From contig DASRWH010000322.1 of assembly GCA_035654715.1 (NCBI GenBank), positions 1 through 41,672 of the forward strand: DNA of 41,672 nucleotides, given 5' to 3'. Of this stretch, positions 35,001 through 41,672 are shown one piece after another. Each line of letters opens with the position of its first letter. Position 1 is the first letter of the stretch. The translations under genes were made by a program, and so were the position numbers. Below the pieces are notes generated by a model that did not search any database, was not told the origin of the DNA, and was given only the letters and a program-made list of their open reading frames with translations. The stretch is from Candidatus Deferrimicrobium sp. GTDB taxonomy: Bacteria; Bacillota; Desulfitobacteriia; Desulfitobacteriales; JAJXUE01.

Positions 35001-37625
35001 ATCTACACTCTCAGTGGAGGAAGTTTTTGTCTTCGGGTTTAGGGTACTGTTGATAACTCCAAGTACACACGGCAATAGTAAAACGAGAAGCGCAATGCAA
35101 AGCCATACCCAACTGCTACCAGGGAAAACAGCACTAAATACGATTAAAACAAGCAAGGCAGGTGCTTCTAGACTTCTGCGCAGATTATCTCCTATTTTCC
35201 AGCGAGATATTGCTGGGAGTCGCTTAAATAACCATGGGGTAATCTGCCAATCTCCTCGTACCCATCGGTGAATTCTTCGCATATAAGCATGCACCTTGCT
35301 AGGGTACCCATCGATCAATTCTATATCTGTAGCCAAACCAGTTCTTGCATATATCCCTTCGATTAGGTCGTGGCTTAAAATAGTATTCTGCGGGAAATTA
35401 TCTCCGGTAACTTTATGAAAAACTTCTACATCATAAATACCTTTTCCAGTAAAGTTACCCTCTCCGAACAGGTCTTGATAAACGTCAGATACAGCAGCGG
35501 TATATGGGTCAACCCCCACTCTACCTGCAAAAACTTTAGCAAAAAAGGACGCATGTGCGCTTTCTACCGAAACTGCAATACGTGGCTGAATAATCCCATA
35601 TCCATCTATAACTCTTGTCCCCTCACTATTTAAACTAGGGGACTGTAAAGGATGGGCAATGGTCCCGATCAGTTTCTTTGCAGATTCTCGCGGTAATTGC
35701 GTGTCTGCATCTAATGTAATTATGTATTTAATCTCAGACAGGACTTCAGCGCGTCCTATCATAACATCTATACTATGTTCCGAGTTGTTGCTTAACAACC
35801 GGTTAAACTCTACTAATTTCCCCCTTTTGCGCTCCCATCCCATCCAAACCCCTTCTGCTGGATTCCATAACCTCTTGCGGTTATACAGATGGAACTGTAT
35901 TGAGTCGTATTTGTCATTCAACCTGTTTATTTCTTCTACTGCCGTTGTTATTACTGCTTCATCTTCGGGCATTACTTCTTCTGGGGCATCTATAAAGTCT
36001 CCAAGAATAGCAAAATGCAAGTTGCTATCTTGATTGGCTAAATAGTACACTTCAATCTGTTCAGTGAGTTCCCGCACCCTAGCTGCGCTTGATAACAAAG
36101 TGGGAATAACAACCATAGTCTTCAAATCTGGAGGTATACCTTCGGCTAAATCGAGCTTTGGTAAAAACGATGGTTTAAATAGCCTCGTTACCACCCAATT
36201 GACAAGGGTTAAGGCCAAGCTACTCATTGGTATAAGCAGAACCACCCCCAAAACGACTAATGCTGGGGGTTTAGTTGTCTGTATTCTTGCTGCATAGACA
36301 AGGCCCACACACATCAGCAACACCGTTAAGCTTGCAATTCCTCCTAGGTAAGCTAGTACTGGTTTACTGCAGATGAATTTCTTGATTCTGATGCAATACT
36401 TGCGTAAGGCACCCCATTCTTGTTCTAATTCACTTTGCAACACCTGCATGCCCTTGTCTAACAGGAAGTAGCCGACATGAGTTTGATTGTGTACTTCGGA
36501 GATACTGGCAAGTTCAAGTACCTTCTTGGCAATCACAATCTCGGACACAGCAAAATGTCGGGACAACCTCTCTACCTTATGTCGGTATTGGTCCCGTGAC
36601 TCGAAATCCATTTTGCAATAAACTTGGGCAGGATCCTGTTGAAGTATCTGTTCAACTGTACTTATTTGTTCAAAGAATTTAGGCCAGTCTTCCTCACCTG
36701 TAAAGCGTAAGCTAGTTATGGCATGTCCCATTGTCACTTGAAGCATAGCTTGATTTTGATGCTCTAACTTTGCCAAAGCTTCTAGACTACTATCGGTTTT
36801 ACTGGCTTGTTTATCTAGCCAGGATAGAACTGGCCCTGCATCCTGGCCGAAGTCTCTAAGACGCCTCAATAAGCGCTCGGCGAATACAGTCGAAAAATCT
36901 TCTGGGAGTACAGTCGAATTTAGTAGTTGATCCCACTTATCAGCTTCATGTTCAGTTTCTAAAAAGGGGAATAGCCAGCGTTCAGCTGCTTTTCTCTGAT
37001 CTTGTATATAAATTACCCGTTCAACTAGCCTACGAACATTCTCCAGCAGTGCCATTCTCAACATAATTGGAATTGCCCAAATTTCCCCGCTGGACAGTGG
37101 TGCTACAGTCTGATATGCCTCCACAAATTCCTTTATAGCGTCCAATTGTAAGTGACTATCTGTATGCTCAATTAATTCCACCATTAGTGCCAATACTCTC
37201 GGATAACCATGAAACGGGCCATCAGACAATCTAGGCAATTGCTTCTCATATCTTCTTGGCAGCTGTTCCGCAATTTCCGAACCTAAATCTTTTAACAAGT
37301 AGTAATTATCCAAAAACCACTCAGCAGCTGGAACTATGTCGTTAGTTTCTTTGAGATACGTACTGATATAGGCTTGGGCACGACTTAAAAACTCCATGTT
37401 GTCTGCTACATGTGGTAACATGGAACGTTTAAAGGTACCTGTTGCAGATTGCAGATGATTTCTCGCAATCTCCTTGCTGTGCTGAACCAACTCTTCTCTA
37501 TTAAGTAAAATGTCCCTTAGTGGTTTATGCGTAAAAACTTGATTTTTTGCTAATTTCATAATTATTTCGTACACCTCTATGTAGTTTGAACCTTTAAAAA
37601 TTATAACCACTTCTGACATTCTCAT
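29070..37625 (-). CDS. Cyclic beta-1,2-glucan synthase-type multidomain enzyme (GT84 + cyclization region + GH94 phosphorylase), 2851 aa
   Basis: TM helices near aa 420-480 and 800-960. GT domain with LDADTQ (DxD at 35703-35711) and RWVRGDWQ (35244-35267). NWLPPDN...SPTNIGL alpha-barrel region (~aa 1000-1560). GH94-like C-terminus with GSGDWNDG (30015-30038). Size and order match proteobacterial Cgs/NdvB/ChvB. The start may be ATG 37559. Confidence 0.85.
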   Translation of the reverse strand: MRMSEVVIIFKGSNYIEVYEIIMKLAKNQVFTHKPLRDILLNREELVQHSKEIARNHLQSATGTFKRSMLPHVADNMEFLSRAQAYISTYLKETNDIVPAAEWFLDNYYLLKDLGSEIAEQLPRRYEKQLPRLSDGPFHGYPRVLALMVELIEHTDSHLQLDAIKEFVEAYQTVAPLSSGEIWAIPIMLRMALLENVRRLVERVIYIQDQRKAAERWLFPFLETEHEADKWDQLLNSTVLPEDFSTVFAERLLRRLRDFGQDAGPVLSWLDKQASKTDSSLEALAKLEHQNQAMLQVTMGHAITSLRFTGEEDWPKFFEQISTVEQILQQDPAQVYCKMDFESRDQYRHKVERLSRHFAVSEIVIAKKVLELASISEVHNQTHVGYFLLDKGMQVLQSELEQEWGALRKYCIRIKKFICSKPVLAYLGGIASLTVLLMCVGLVYAARIQTTKPPALVVLGVVLLIPMSSLALTLVNWVVTRLFKPSFLPKLDLAEGIPPDLKTMVVIPTLLSSAARVRELTEQIEVYYLANQDSNLHFAILGDFIDAPEEVMPEDEAVITTAVEEINRLNDKYDSIQFHLYNRKRLWNPAEGVWMGWERKRGKLVEFNRLLSNNSEHSIDVMIGRAEVLSEIKYIITLDADTQLPRESAKKLIGTIAHPLQSPSLNSEGTRVIDGYGIIQPRIAVSVESAHASFFAKVFAGRVGVDPYTAAVSDVYQDLFGEGNFTGKGIYDVEVFHKVTGDNFPQNTILSHDLIEGIYARTGLATDIELIDGYPSKVHAYMRRIHRWVRGDWQITPWLFKRLPAISRWKIGDNLRRSLEAPALLVLIVFSAVFPGSSWVWLCIALLVLLLPCVLGVINSTLNPKTKTSSTESVDTLLQFVFTFCFLPYQAYTHADAIVRSLYRQTLSRRKMLEWEAAADTERRLSAGFLDSCKIMTPALTTTVLLSLLAYEINPQGTLRLVPIITLWLLSPWIAASISRPQSLGQEELTQTEKAELRGWARKIWAFFEDFVTERDNWLPPDNLQVEPPNGVAHRTSPTNIGLALVANQAARDLGYISTTRLLLRIRHTLNSINSLENWKGHLYNWYDTESLKPLHPLYVSTVDSGNLVVYFLTLEAGLKEYLARPVIDSNQVNGLKDTYNLLLEELNTPVPEEFDSFARSCDQMLQATNIDLLAWHNLLIEGSNVFATSPSADSYWGKHLLAMLADFLQEFNTLFSELLHSRVENKGLSSEQISTLSLSELEAYLAKFSIQPQALIEVRRLKTEIRELRAELSSKAMSTDFLPLFDTHRQLFSIGYRIGEQTLDRSYYDLLASEARQASFIAIAKGDLAKSHWFRLGRSLTVVRGKRGLVSWSGTMFEFLMPLLVMRNYQGTILDETYKSVVAAQEWYGAQRKTPWGISESGFYTFDAQLNYQYKAFGVPGLGLKRGLLQELVVAPYATFLALMVAPKTALANIRNMQNLGYGGLYGLYEAADYAQDRALGGGFRLVQSFMAHHQGMSFISITNVLFDNIMQKRFHSLPLVQSTELLLKERVPATAVVTPQPEEREIGIAVKAPALEKRVITLATAETSVPVTHFLSNGQYAVMLTNSGSGYSKFAELSISRWREDVTKDSWGMYFYIQNLNSGATWSAAHQPCGYSGEDYKVTYAPDRAEYYRKDGNIRTKTEVIVSPEDQVEIRRISLTNNSQYDRTIEITSYFEAVLARPSEDLAHPAFGNLFIETEFTHQSLLASRRPRRDDQARKWIMQTVAIQGESIGALQYETDRYKFVGRGRNLTNPRALEPNHPLSGTTGAVLDPILSLRQRVRLRPGQVVQVSFSVGIGESKEEVIRLAEKYRDPASIERVFELAWTYSQMELRHLGLSSNQANDALSLGGNLLYLSPCRREYEEVIKSNCKGQASLWPYSISGDLPMILVRISKIDDLDFVRQLLTIHEYWHIKGLVIDLVILNEDKSGYLQDLHDSLKDLVAVGHAREMLNRPGGIFLLQKEHMPLEDVNLLFSVARQVFSAEGGSCSMQFRKLGKELLLAPKDLGQTMELQVEGQDSVSAAVLPATEELEYYNGYGGFSKDGKEYVILVRPNIQTPLPWSNVIANKHFGFLITESGGGYTWSTNSRENKLTPWSNDPVIDQSGEIIFLRDEQSGSFWSPIPGSIKQQEPYTVRHGQGYSKFIHESLSLRQELLLFVPKEEPIKILQLTLTNLSKETRTLTGFYYAELVMGVARELTAPYLVSEFDSENNCLLAANVYQQEFAQRRIFLSCTGAEIKSYTADRTEFIGRNGNAQRPVALSRSTLSNSVGAGFDPCAAIQIDINLLPGEGKTVCFLLGEGKSLAEVEQLLQRFQREDQVTAAFAEVEEFWTGFLGNLQVRTPDKSMDILLNRWLLYQTVVCRIWARSAFYQSGGAFGFRDQLQDVMALTPSAPQWTREQILLHCEHQFLEGDVQHWWHAEGSKGIRTKFSDDLLWLPFVTADYIEHTQDYGILKERAKYLEDDPLSEDTDERYSVPRVSEQDGTVYEHCLKAIERGLKFGEHGLPLIGSGDWNDGFSRVGVRGTGESVWLGWFIYLTLQRFSKICAVQGDMELTKHYAEVCSKLQESLELHGWDGGWYRRAYFDDGSPMGSARNQECQIDALAQSWAVLSGAAKPTRAEDAMLALEHYLIRKDEGILLLLTPPFDTSKPDPGYIKGYVPGVRENGGQYTHGAIWSVLALAKMGEGDKAAELFQMLNPINHARTETEVAYYKVEPYVMTADVYAIPPHVGRGGWSWYTGAAGWMYQAGLEGILGFCLEGNKLHLEPCIPSTWPEFTIEYRYKTSQYTFQVINPNGKNTGITGIQVDGKPIKVGAVELVDDGSNHLVTYTM

Positions 37626-37701
37626 GCATTTTGCATCGCATTTGATCTTTTAGTCAGAAACTTTTTGGTTATCTAAACGGAATAATTGCTTAATGATTTA
37701 T

Positions 37702-37748
37702 AAAAAAAGCAGGCAAACTTTAGCATTAATTTACTAAAGTTTGCCTGC
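37702..37748 (-). terminator. Terminator after the hemolysin III gene
   Basis: 15-bp perfect stem gcaggcaaactttag / ctaaagtttgcctgc with a U7 tail. Confidence 0.85.
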
Positions 37749-37770
37749 AACTGAATGCGATATTATAGCT

Positions 37771-38412
37771 TTAACGTGGCATTATATAAATTAAAATCAT
37801 CAAGAAATGCATGGTAGTGCCAGCGGCAATAAACAAGTGAAAGATTTCATGAAAACCAATCTTCCGAAAGTTAAAAATCTTTGCCCCATAAATTACTGCA
37901 CCAATTGTATATAAGACCCCACCAATAACCATATAGATTATTGCTCCTAATGGTAGGTTCTTAATTAGTTGCAGGAAAGGGATAAGTGCAATCCACCCTA
38001 AAGTTAAGTAGAAAGCAGTTGAAACATACCTAGGTGCGTGGATGAACCAAATCTTCAATAACATTCCGATAAAAGCCAAGCTCCAAACCGCTGCAAGCAT
38101 AGTCCATTTCCATGCTCCCTCCAGGCCAAAATAAAATACTGGGGTATAAGATCCTGCAATTAGAAAGTAGATCGCAATATGATCCAATTTACGTAAAAAA
38201 AGTTCCCTTTGTGGAGTTGTCCTCACCCAGTGATACACGGAGCTGGCCCCGTAGAGCAAGATAACGCTTACACCATAAATAGTCATCGTTACCATCTTAG
38301 ACAAGTTATGTCTAGATAACCAAAGCAATAGAATAAGCCCAAAAATTGCCGCAACAAACGGAATAAAATGAGTCAAAGTGTTTACTGGTTCCTTCATTCT
38401 ACTCAGTTTCAT
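37771..38412 (-). CDS. Hemolysin III / PAQR family membrane protein
   Basis: 7 TM. Conserved His-containing ends (NTLTHFIP ... FHEIFHLF). Start ATG 38412 (AAGGGTGG upstream). Confidence 0.88.
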   Translation of the reverse strand: MKLSRMKEPVNTLTHFIPFVAAIFGLILLLWLSRHNLSKMVTMTIYGVSVILLYGASSVYHWVRTTPQRELFLRKLDHIAIYFLIAGSYTPVFYFGLEGAWKWTMLAAVWSLAFIGMLLKIWFIHAPRYVSTAFYLTLGWIALIPFLQLIKNLPLGAIIYMVIGGVLYTIGAVIYGAKIFNFRKIGFHEIFHLFIAAGTTMHFLMILIYIMPR

Positions 38413-38529
38413 ACCTACCACCCTTTTATGATCTTTGCGTAAAACTTCTTCATATTAAGACTTCGTTATTATGCAAATTTATCCTGCCACTTAGGCTGTT
38501 ACTTATTAAAACTTCAGAGATGGGTTTAC

Positions 38530-38563
38530 AAACAACAAAGGTAGCAGCCCAACAGCTGCTACC
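38530..38563 (-). terminator. Terminator after the THUMP methyltransferase gene
   Basis: ggtagcagc / gctgctacc stem with a U-rich tail. Confidence 0.7.
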
Positions 38564-38571
38564 TAACAGGA

Positions 38572-39714
38572 TTATAGATTTGGTTTAGGTGGCTTTGGAC
38601 CAAAAAACTGGTAAAAATGACATTCCAGCCTGCCGTTGTATAGTTTTCTGTTCTTAGCAGATTTCCTACCAAACACGTTTTCAAAGTTAGGAAACGAAGT
38701 GAGGACATAGAAGGACCACGTGTCAAGCCTACTAAATGCTTGACTCATTTCCCGATACAAAGCTTCAACCTGCTTCTGCTCCCCTAGTCTTTCTCCATAA
38801 GGTGGGTTACAAATCACCCAACCATACTTATGCTGCGATCTCACTTCCGCTACAGGTAGTTTCTGAAAATGCACATGTTTTTCCACCCCAGCTTGGCGAG
38901 CATGGAAACGTGCCAAACTCAATACCTCTTCGTCAATGTCTGTGCCAATTATCTTCAATTCTAAGTCCCGACGTATTAAATCCCGTGCTTCCTCACGAGC
39001 ATTCTGCCACATAGACTGAGGAATATTAGGCCAGGTTCCTGCTGAAAACTCTCTATTCAGTCCTGGGGCAATGTTCAGGGCGACAAGTGCAGCTTCAATG
39101 GGAATGGTCCCTGATCCGCAAAAAGGGTCCATTAATGCACGATCCTCGCGCCAACGGCTCAAATTGATCAGAGCCGCAGCCATGGTTTCTTTAAGTGGTG
39201 CCTGCCCAACTAATTTACGATACCCTCGTTTATGAAGACCAGCTCCACTGGTATCGATTGTCAAGGTGGCAATGTCTTTTAGAAGAGCAACTTCAACTTT
39301 ATAAAGGGGCCCTGTTTCCTCGAACCAAGAGCAATGGTATTTCTCCTTCATCTTCTCGACAATGGCTTTTTTAACAATAGCTTGACAGTCTGATATACTG
39401 AATAAAGTAGAATTCAGTGATTTTCCGTCTACAGGAAAGCTGGCATCCTTTGGCAAGAATCCCGGCCAGTCTAACGCCTTAGTCTGTTGAAACAATTCTT
39501 CGAAGGTTGTTGCTTTGAAGGCTCCCATTTTAATCAGAATTCTGTCTGAGGATCTTAGCCAAAGATTTGCCCTACAAATGGCCTGCTCATCCCCTATGAA
39601 GGTAACCCTTCCGTTTTCGACAGTTACTTCTTCATATCCTAGCTGTTTAATTTCCCTGGCAACCACCGATTCCAAGCCAAAGGCAGTAGTTGCAACCAAT
39701 TCTAACCTCGCCAT
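38572..39714 (-). CDS. THUMP-domain class I SAM-dependent RNA methyltransferase (RlmL/YpsC-like)
   Basis: N-terminal THUMP-like region. DPFCGSGT SAM motif. NPPYGERL catalytic motif. Start ATG 39714 (TAGGAG 5 nt upstream). Confidence 0.88.
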   Translation of the reverse strand: MARLELVATTAFGLESVVAREIKQLGYEEVTVENGRVTFIGDEQAICRANLWLRSSDRILIKMGAFKATTFEELFQQTKALDWPGFLPKDASFPVDGKSLNSTLFSISDCQAIVKKAIVEKMKEKYHCSWFEETGPLYKVEVALLKDIATLTIDTSGAGLHKRGYRKLVGQAPLKETMAAALINLSRWREDRALMDPFCGSGTIPIEAALVALNIAPGLNREFSAGTWPNIPQSMWQNAREEARDLIRRDLELKIIGTDIDEEVLSLARFHARQAGVEKHVHFQKLPVAEVRSQHKYGWVICNPPYGERLGEQKQVEALYREMSQAFSRLDTWSFYVLTSFPNFENVFGRKSAKNRKLYNGRLECHFYQFFGPKPPKPNL

Positions 39715-39815
39715 ATTAACTCCTAAATCCAAATTTTTTATTGTTAGATTTCCCCTTTCGGGACAGGATTATTATACCAGCAAATAGTCGTTTTGTATTA
39801 ATCAATCTAAAATAG

Positions 39816-39848
39816 CTTAAAAAGCACGCCGATTTAACCGGCGTGCTT
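39816..39848 (-). terminator. Terminator after the permease gene
   Basis: aagcacgccg / cggcgtgctt stem with a U5 tail. Confidence 0.8.
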
Positions 39849-39859
39849 GTAAATTACCC

Positions 39860-41263
39860 TTACTTAGCTGCTTTAGGGTATACACTCTCTTCGGTTTGTT
39901 CTTGACCAATCGGGCGGCGGCTTTTGTAGCCAACATAGAGGATCAAACACCATATAGGTGCAACATAAAGAGCAACACGCATGTCAGGCATAATTGCCAT
40001 CAAAACGACGACCAGGGCCAGAAACGCCAAAGTGATGTAATTGGAATACGGATACAAAGGAAGTTTGAAGGCTAATTTGCTTTGGCCTTCTCTTTCCTTT
40101 GCTTTTCTGAATCGAAGTTGAGCAATTAAGATCATAACCCAACTTGTGATAATCGCTACAGTGGCTACAGAGGAAATGTATACAAACACCTTTTCGGGCA
40201 CGATATAGTTTAGAAAAACCGCTAATAACAACAGCGCAGCTGATACAATTACCCCATTCCTTGGAGTTCCTGATTTGCTCAATTCCCCAAACATCTTAGG
40301 TGCATTATTTTGTAAAGCAAGGTTATATAGCATTCTACCAGTGCTGAACAGCCCGCTATTAAACGAAGATAGTGCGGCTGTTAGTACAACGAAATTGATG
40401 ATTGAAGCGGCGGCAGGAATACCAATCTTGGCAAAGATCAGCACAAATGGACTACCCTTCGTCCCAATTTCATTCCACGGGAACAAAATCATCATTATGC
40501 TCAATGCACCGACGTAGAAAATCAATATCCGCCAGATAACACTATTGATAGCTTTAGGAATTGATTTTTCTGGGTTTGCAGCTTCCCCGGCCGTGATACC
40601 AACCAATTCGACTCCCCCGAAGGAAAACGCCACCATAACCAAAGAAAATAGCAATCCGTTAATTCCGTTGGGCATAAACCCGCCATGGGACCACAGGTTG
40701 CTAAATCCCAGGGCGTGTCCACCATTCCCTACCCCAAAGATGATCAGAATACCGACCAAAATCATCACTACAATTGCGGTAACCTTAATCATTGCAAACC
40801 AGAATTCAAACTCACCAAAAGCTTCAACATTAACTAAGTTTACTAAAGTCATAATTACTAGAGCGACCAAAGCTGATACCCACTGGGGTACTCCAGGAAA
40901 CCAATAATTCACATATATACCCAAGGCGGTTATTTCAGCCATTCCAGCAACCACCCACATAAACCAATATGTCCACCCCGTGAAAAAACCTGCAAACTTA
41001 CCTATATACTTGTAGGAATAGGTGCTGAAAGAACCAGAAACTGGTTCGGCTACAGCCATTTCCCCGAGGGCACGCATGATGAAAAAAATAAAGATCCCGC
41101 CGATTAGGTAAGAAAGAGTTATAGCTGGACCAGCTAACTTAATGGTGGTAGCGGATCCGTAAAATAAGCCCACCCCGATGGCTCCGCCTAAGGCAATCAT
41201 GCTAATATGTCTCTCGCTTAAGCCTCTTTTTAAAGTTCTCTGTTGCGTTACATCTGTACTCAT
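39860..41263 (-). CDS. Amino acid permease (APC superfamily, AroP/CycA/AnsP-like)
   Basis: 467 aa, 12 TM. LSERHISMIALGGAIGVGLFYGS signature region. GAAGGGG SD. Confidence 0.9.
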   Translation of the reverse strand: MSTDVTQQRTLKRGLSERHISMIALGGAIGVGLFYGSATTIKLAGPAITLSYLIGGIFIFFIMRALGEMAVAEPVSGSFSTYSYKYIGKFAGFFTGWTYWFMWVVAGMAEITALGIYVNYWFPGVPQWVSALVALVIMTLVNLVNVEAFGEFEFWFAMIKVTAIVVMILVGILIIFGVGNGGHALGFSNLWSHGGFMPNGINGLLFSLVMVAFSFGGVELVGITAGEAANPEKSIPKAINSVIWRILIFYVGALSIMMILFPWNEIGTKGSPFVLIFAKIGIPAAASIINFVVLTAALSSFNSGLFSTGRMLYNLALQNNAPKMFGELSKSGTPRNGVIVSAALLLLAVFLNYIVPEKVFVYISSVATVAIITSWVMILIAQLRFRKAKEREGQSKLAFKLPLYPYSNYITLAFLALVVVLMAIMPDMRVALYVAPIWCLILYVGYKSRRPIGQEQTEESVYPKAAK

Positions 41264-41436
41264 AAAAATCCCCTTCTCTTACTGTGATGAATGTTACATA
41301 CGTTTCTGAAACAAGCACTGTGTGTTAACAACCGTTAATTTTGAAAACTGTTTTATTATAGCTTAATTTCTGTTTATTAGAAAGAGTGAATATCGGTGAA
41401 TTTTATTCCATTTTTACGAAATTATTTGGTTCGGGA

Positions 41437-41483
41437 AAAAATAATAAGGAGCAACCTTAAAATCAGTTGCTCCTTATTATTTT
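41437..41483. terminator. Perfect 18-bp bidirectional terminator hairpin
   Basis: aaaataataaggagcaac / gttgctccttattatttt. Confidence 0.8.
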
Positions 41484-41532
41484 GTTTTAATTGCGCCAGG
41501 TTATACAGCCATTTTGCAGTAGTATTAAAATA

Positions 41533-41565
41533 ATAATTTCCCTGCCAATTTGGCAGGGAAATTAT
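41533..41565 (-). terminator. Terminator of the partial gene at the window edge
   Basis: ataatttccctgcca / tggcagggaaattat stem with a U-rich tail on the minus strand. Confidence 0.8.
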
Positions 41566-41571
41566 ATAGTA

Positions 41572-41672
41572 CTACATACTTATTTTCTTGTCGCTCTTTT
41601 TATTGGTGTTATGTGTTTCTCCAGCAGGTTTATAAAATGGTACTTTCTCCATAAACCAGTCGTTGAACAACA
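41572..41672 (-). CDS. 3' end of an unidentified gene (partial, ...LFNDWFMEKVPFYKPAGETHNTNKKSDKKISM*)
   Basis: Open frame runs to the window edge and is followed by terminator 41533-41565. Too short to name. Confidence 0.35.
   Translation of the reverse strand, partial: LFNDWFMEKVPFYKPAGETHNTNKKSDKKISM

Noticed and set aside
29070-37625. Giant gene as a horizontally acquired island or mobile element
   Set aside because: There are no flanking direct or inverted repeats, no integrase or transposase, and no tRNA target. By eye, base composition and codon style match the neighbours.
41264-41530. Possible T-box or riboswitch leader for the amino-acid permease
   Set aside because: There is no T-box sequence (GGUGGUACCGCG-like) and no recognisable riboswitch core. 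A TATAAT lies downstream of the big hairpin, leaving only a leader of about 90 nt.
1-41672. CRISPR arrays, rRNA/tRNA genes and long tandem or interspersed repeats
   Set aside because: No regularly spaced repeats, no tRNA-like T-arm/acceptor patterns and no rRNA-like stretches were seen in any intergenic gap. All gaps longer than 100 nt are accounted for by promoters and terminators, apart from those listed in the findings.

Overview
This 41.7-kb window is a chromosomal segment from a low-GC, endospore-forming Firmicute. It looks Clostridia/Peptococcaceae-like because it carries spoVK, CotF-type coat genes, hfq and Bacillus-like synteny. Roughly 32 of 37 genes lie on the minus strand, and most are housekeeping. 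The conserved blocks are miaB-ymcA-mutS-mutL-(rsmJ-like)-miaA-hfq, typA, spoVK-(membrane protein)-hflX-ynbB-DUF456-lepB, ddl, and a divergent lexA/yneA pair. There is also one monocistronic giant gene (2851 aa) for a cyclic beta-1,2-glucan synthase-type enzyme. I saw no rRNA, tRNA, CRISPR array, transposase, integrase or long repeat. Many ORF-track starts are over-extended, so I re-placed them using Shine-Dalgarno spacing. The leads I rank highest are these. (1) Five LexA-type boxes share an asymmetric form, GAAC-N4-GTTT. Three sit at lexA/yneA and two bracket the promoter of an orphan 66-aa ORF followed by a DD-carboxypeptidase and a Cys-rich mini-ORF. With yneA and the M23 peptidase, this suggests an SOS-wired cell-wall remodelling array at 1797-5863. 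(2) HflX carries a ~200-aa N-terminal extension with an exact JAMM/MPN+ (RadC-like) metal motif. (3) A CsoR-family-type operator lies on the promoter of a ferredoxin-DUF1858-unknown barrel protein operon. (4) A TrxR-like flavoprotein lacks the NADPH motif. All family assignments come from motif recognition by eye and no database search was run.
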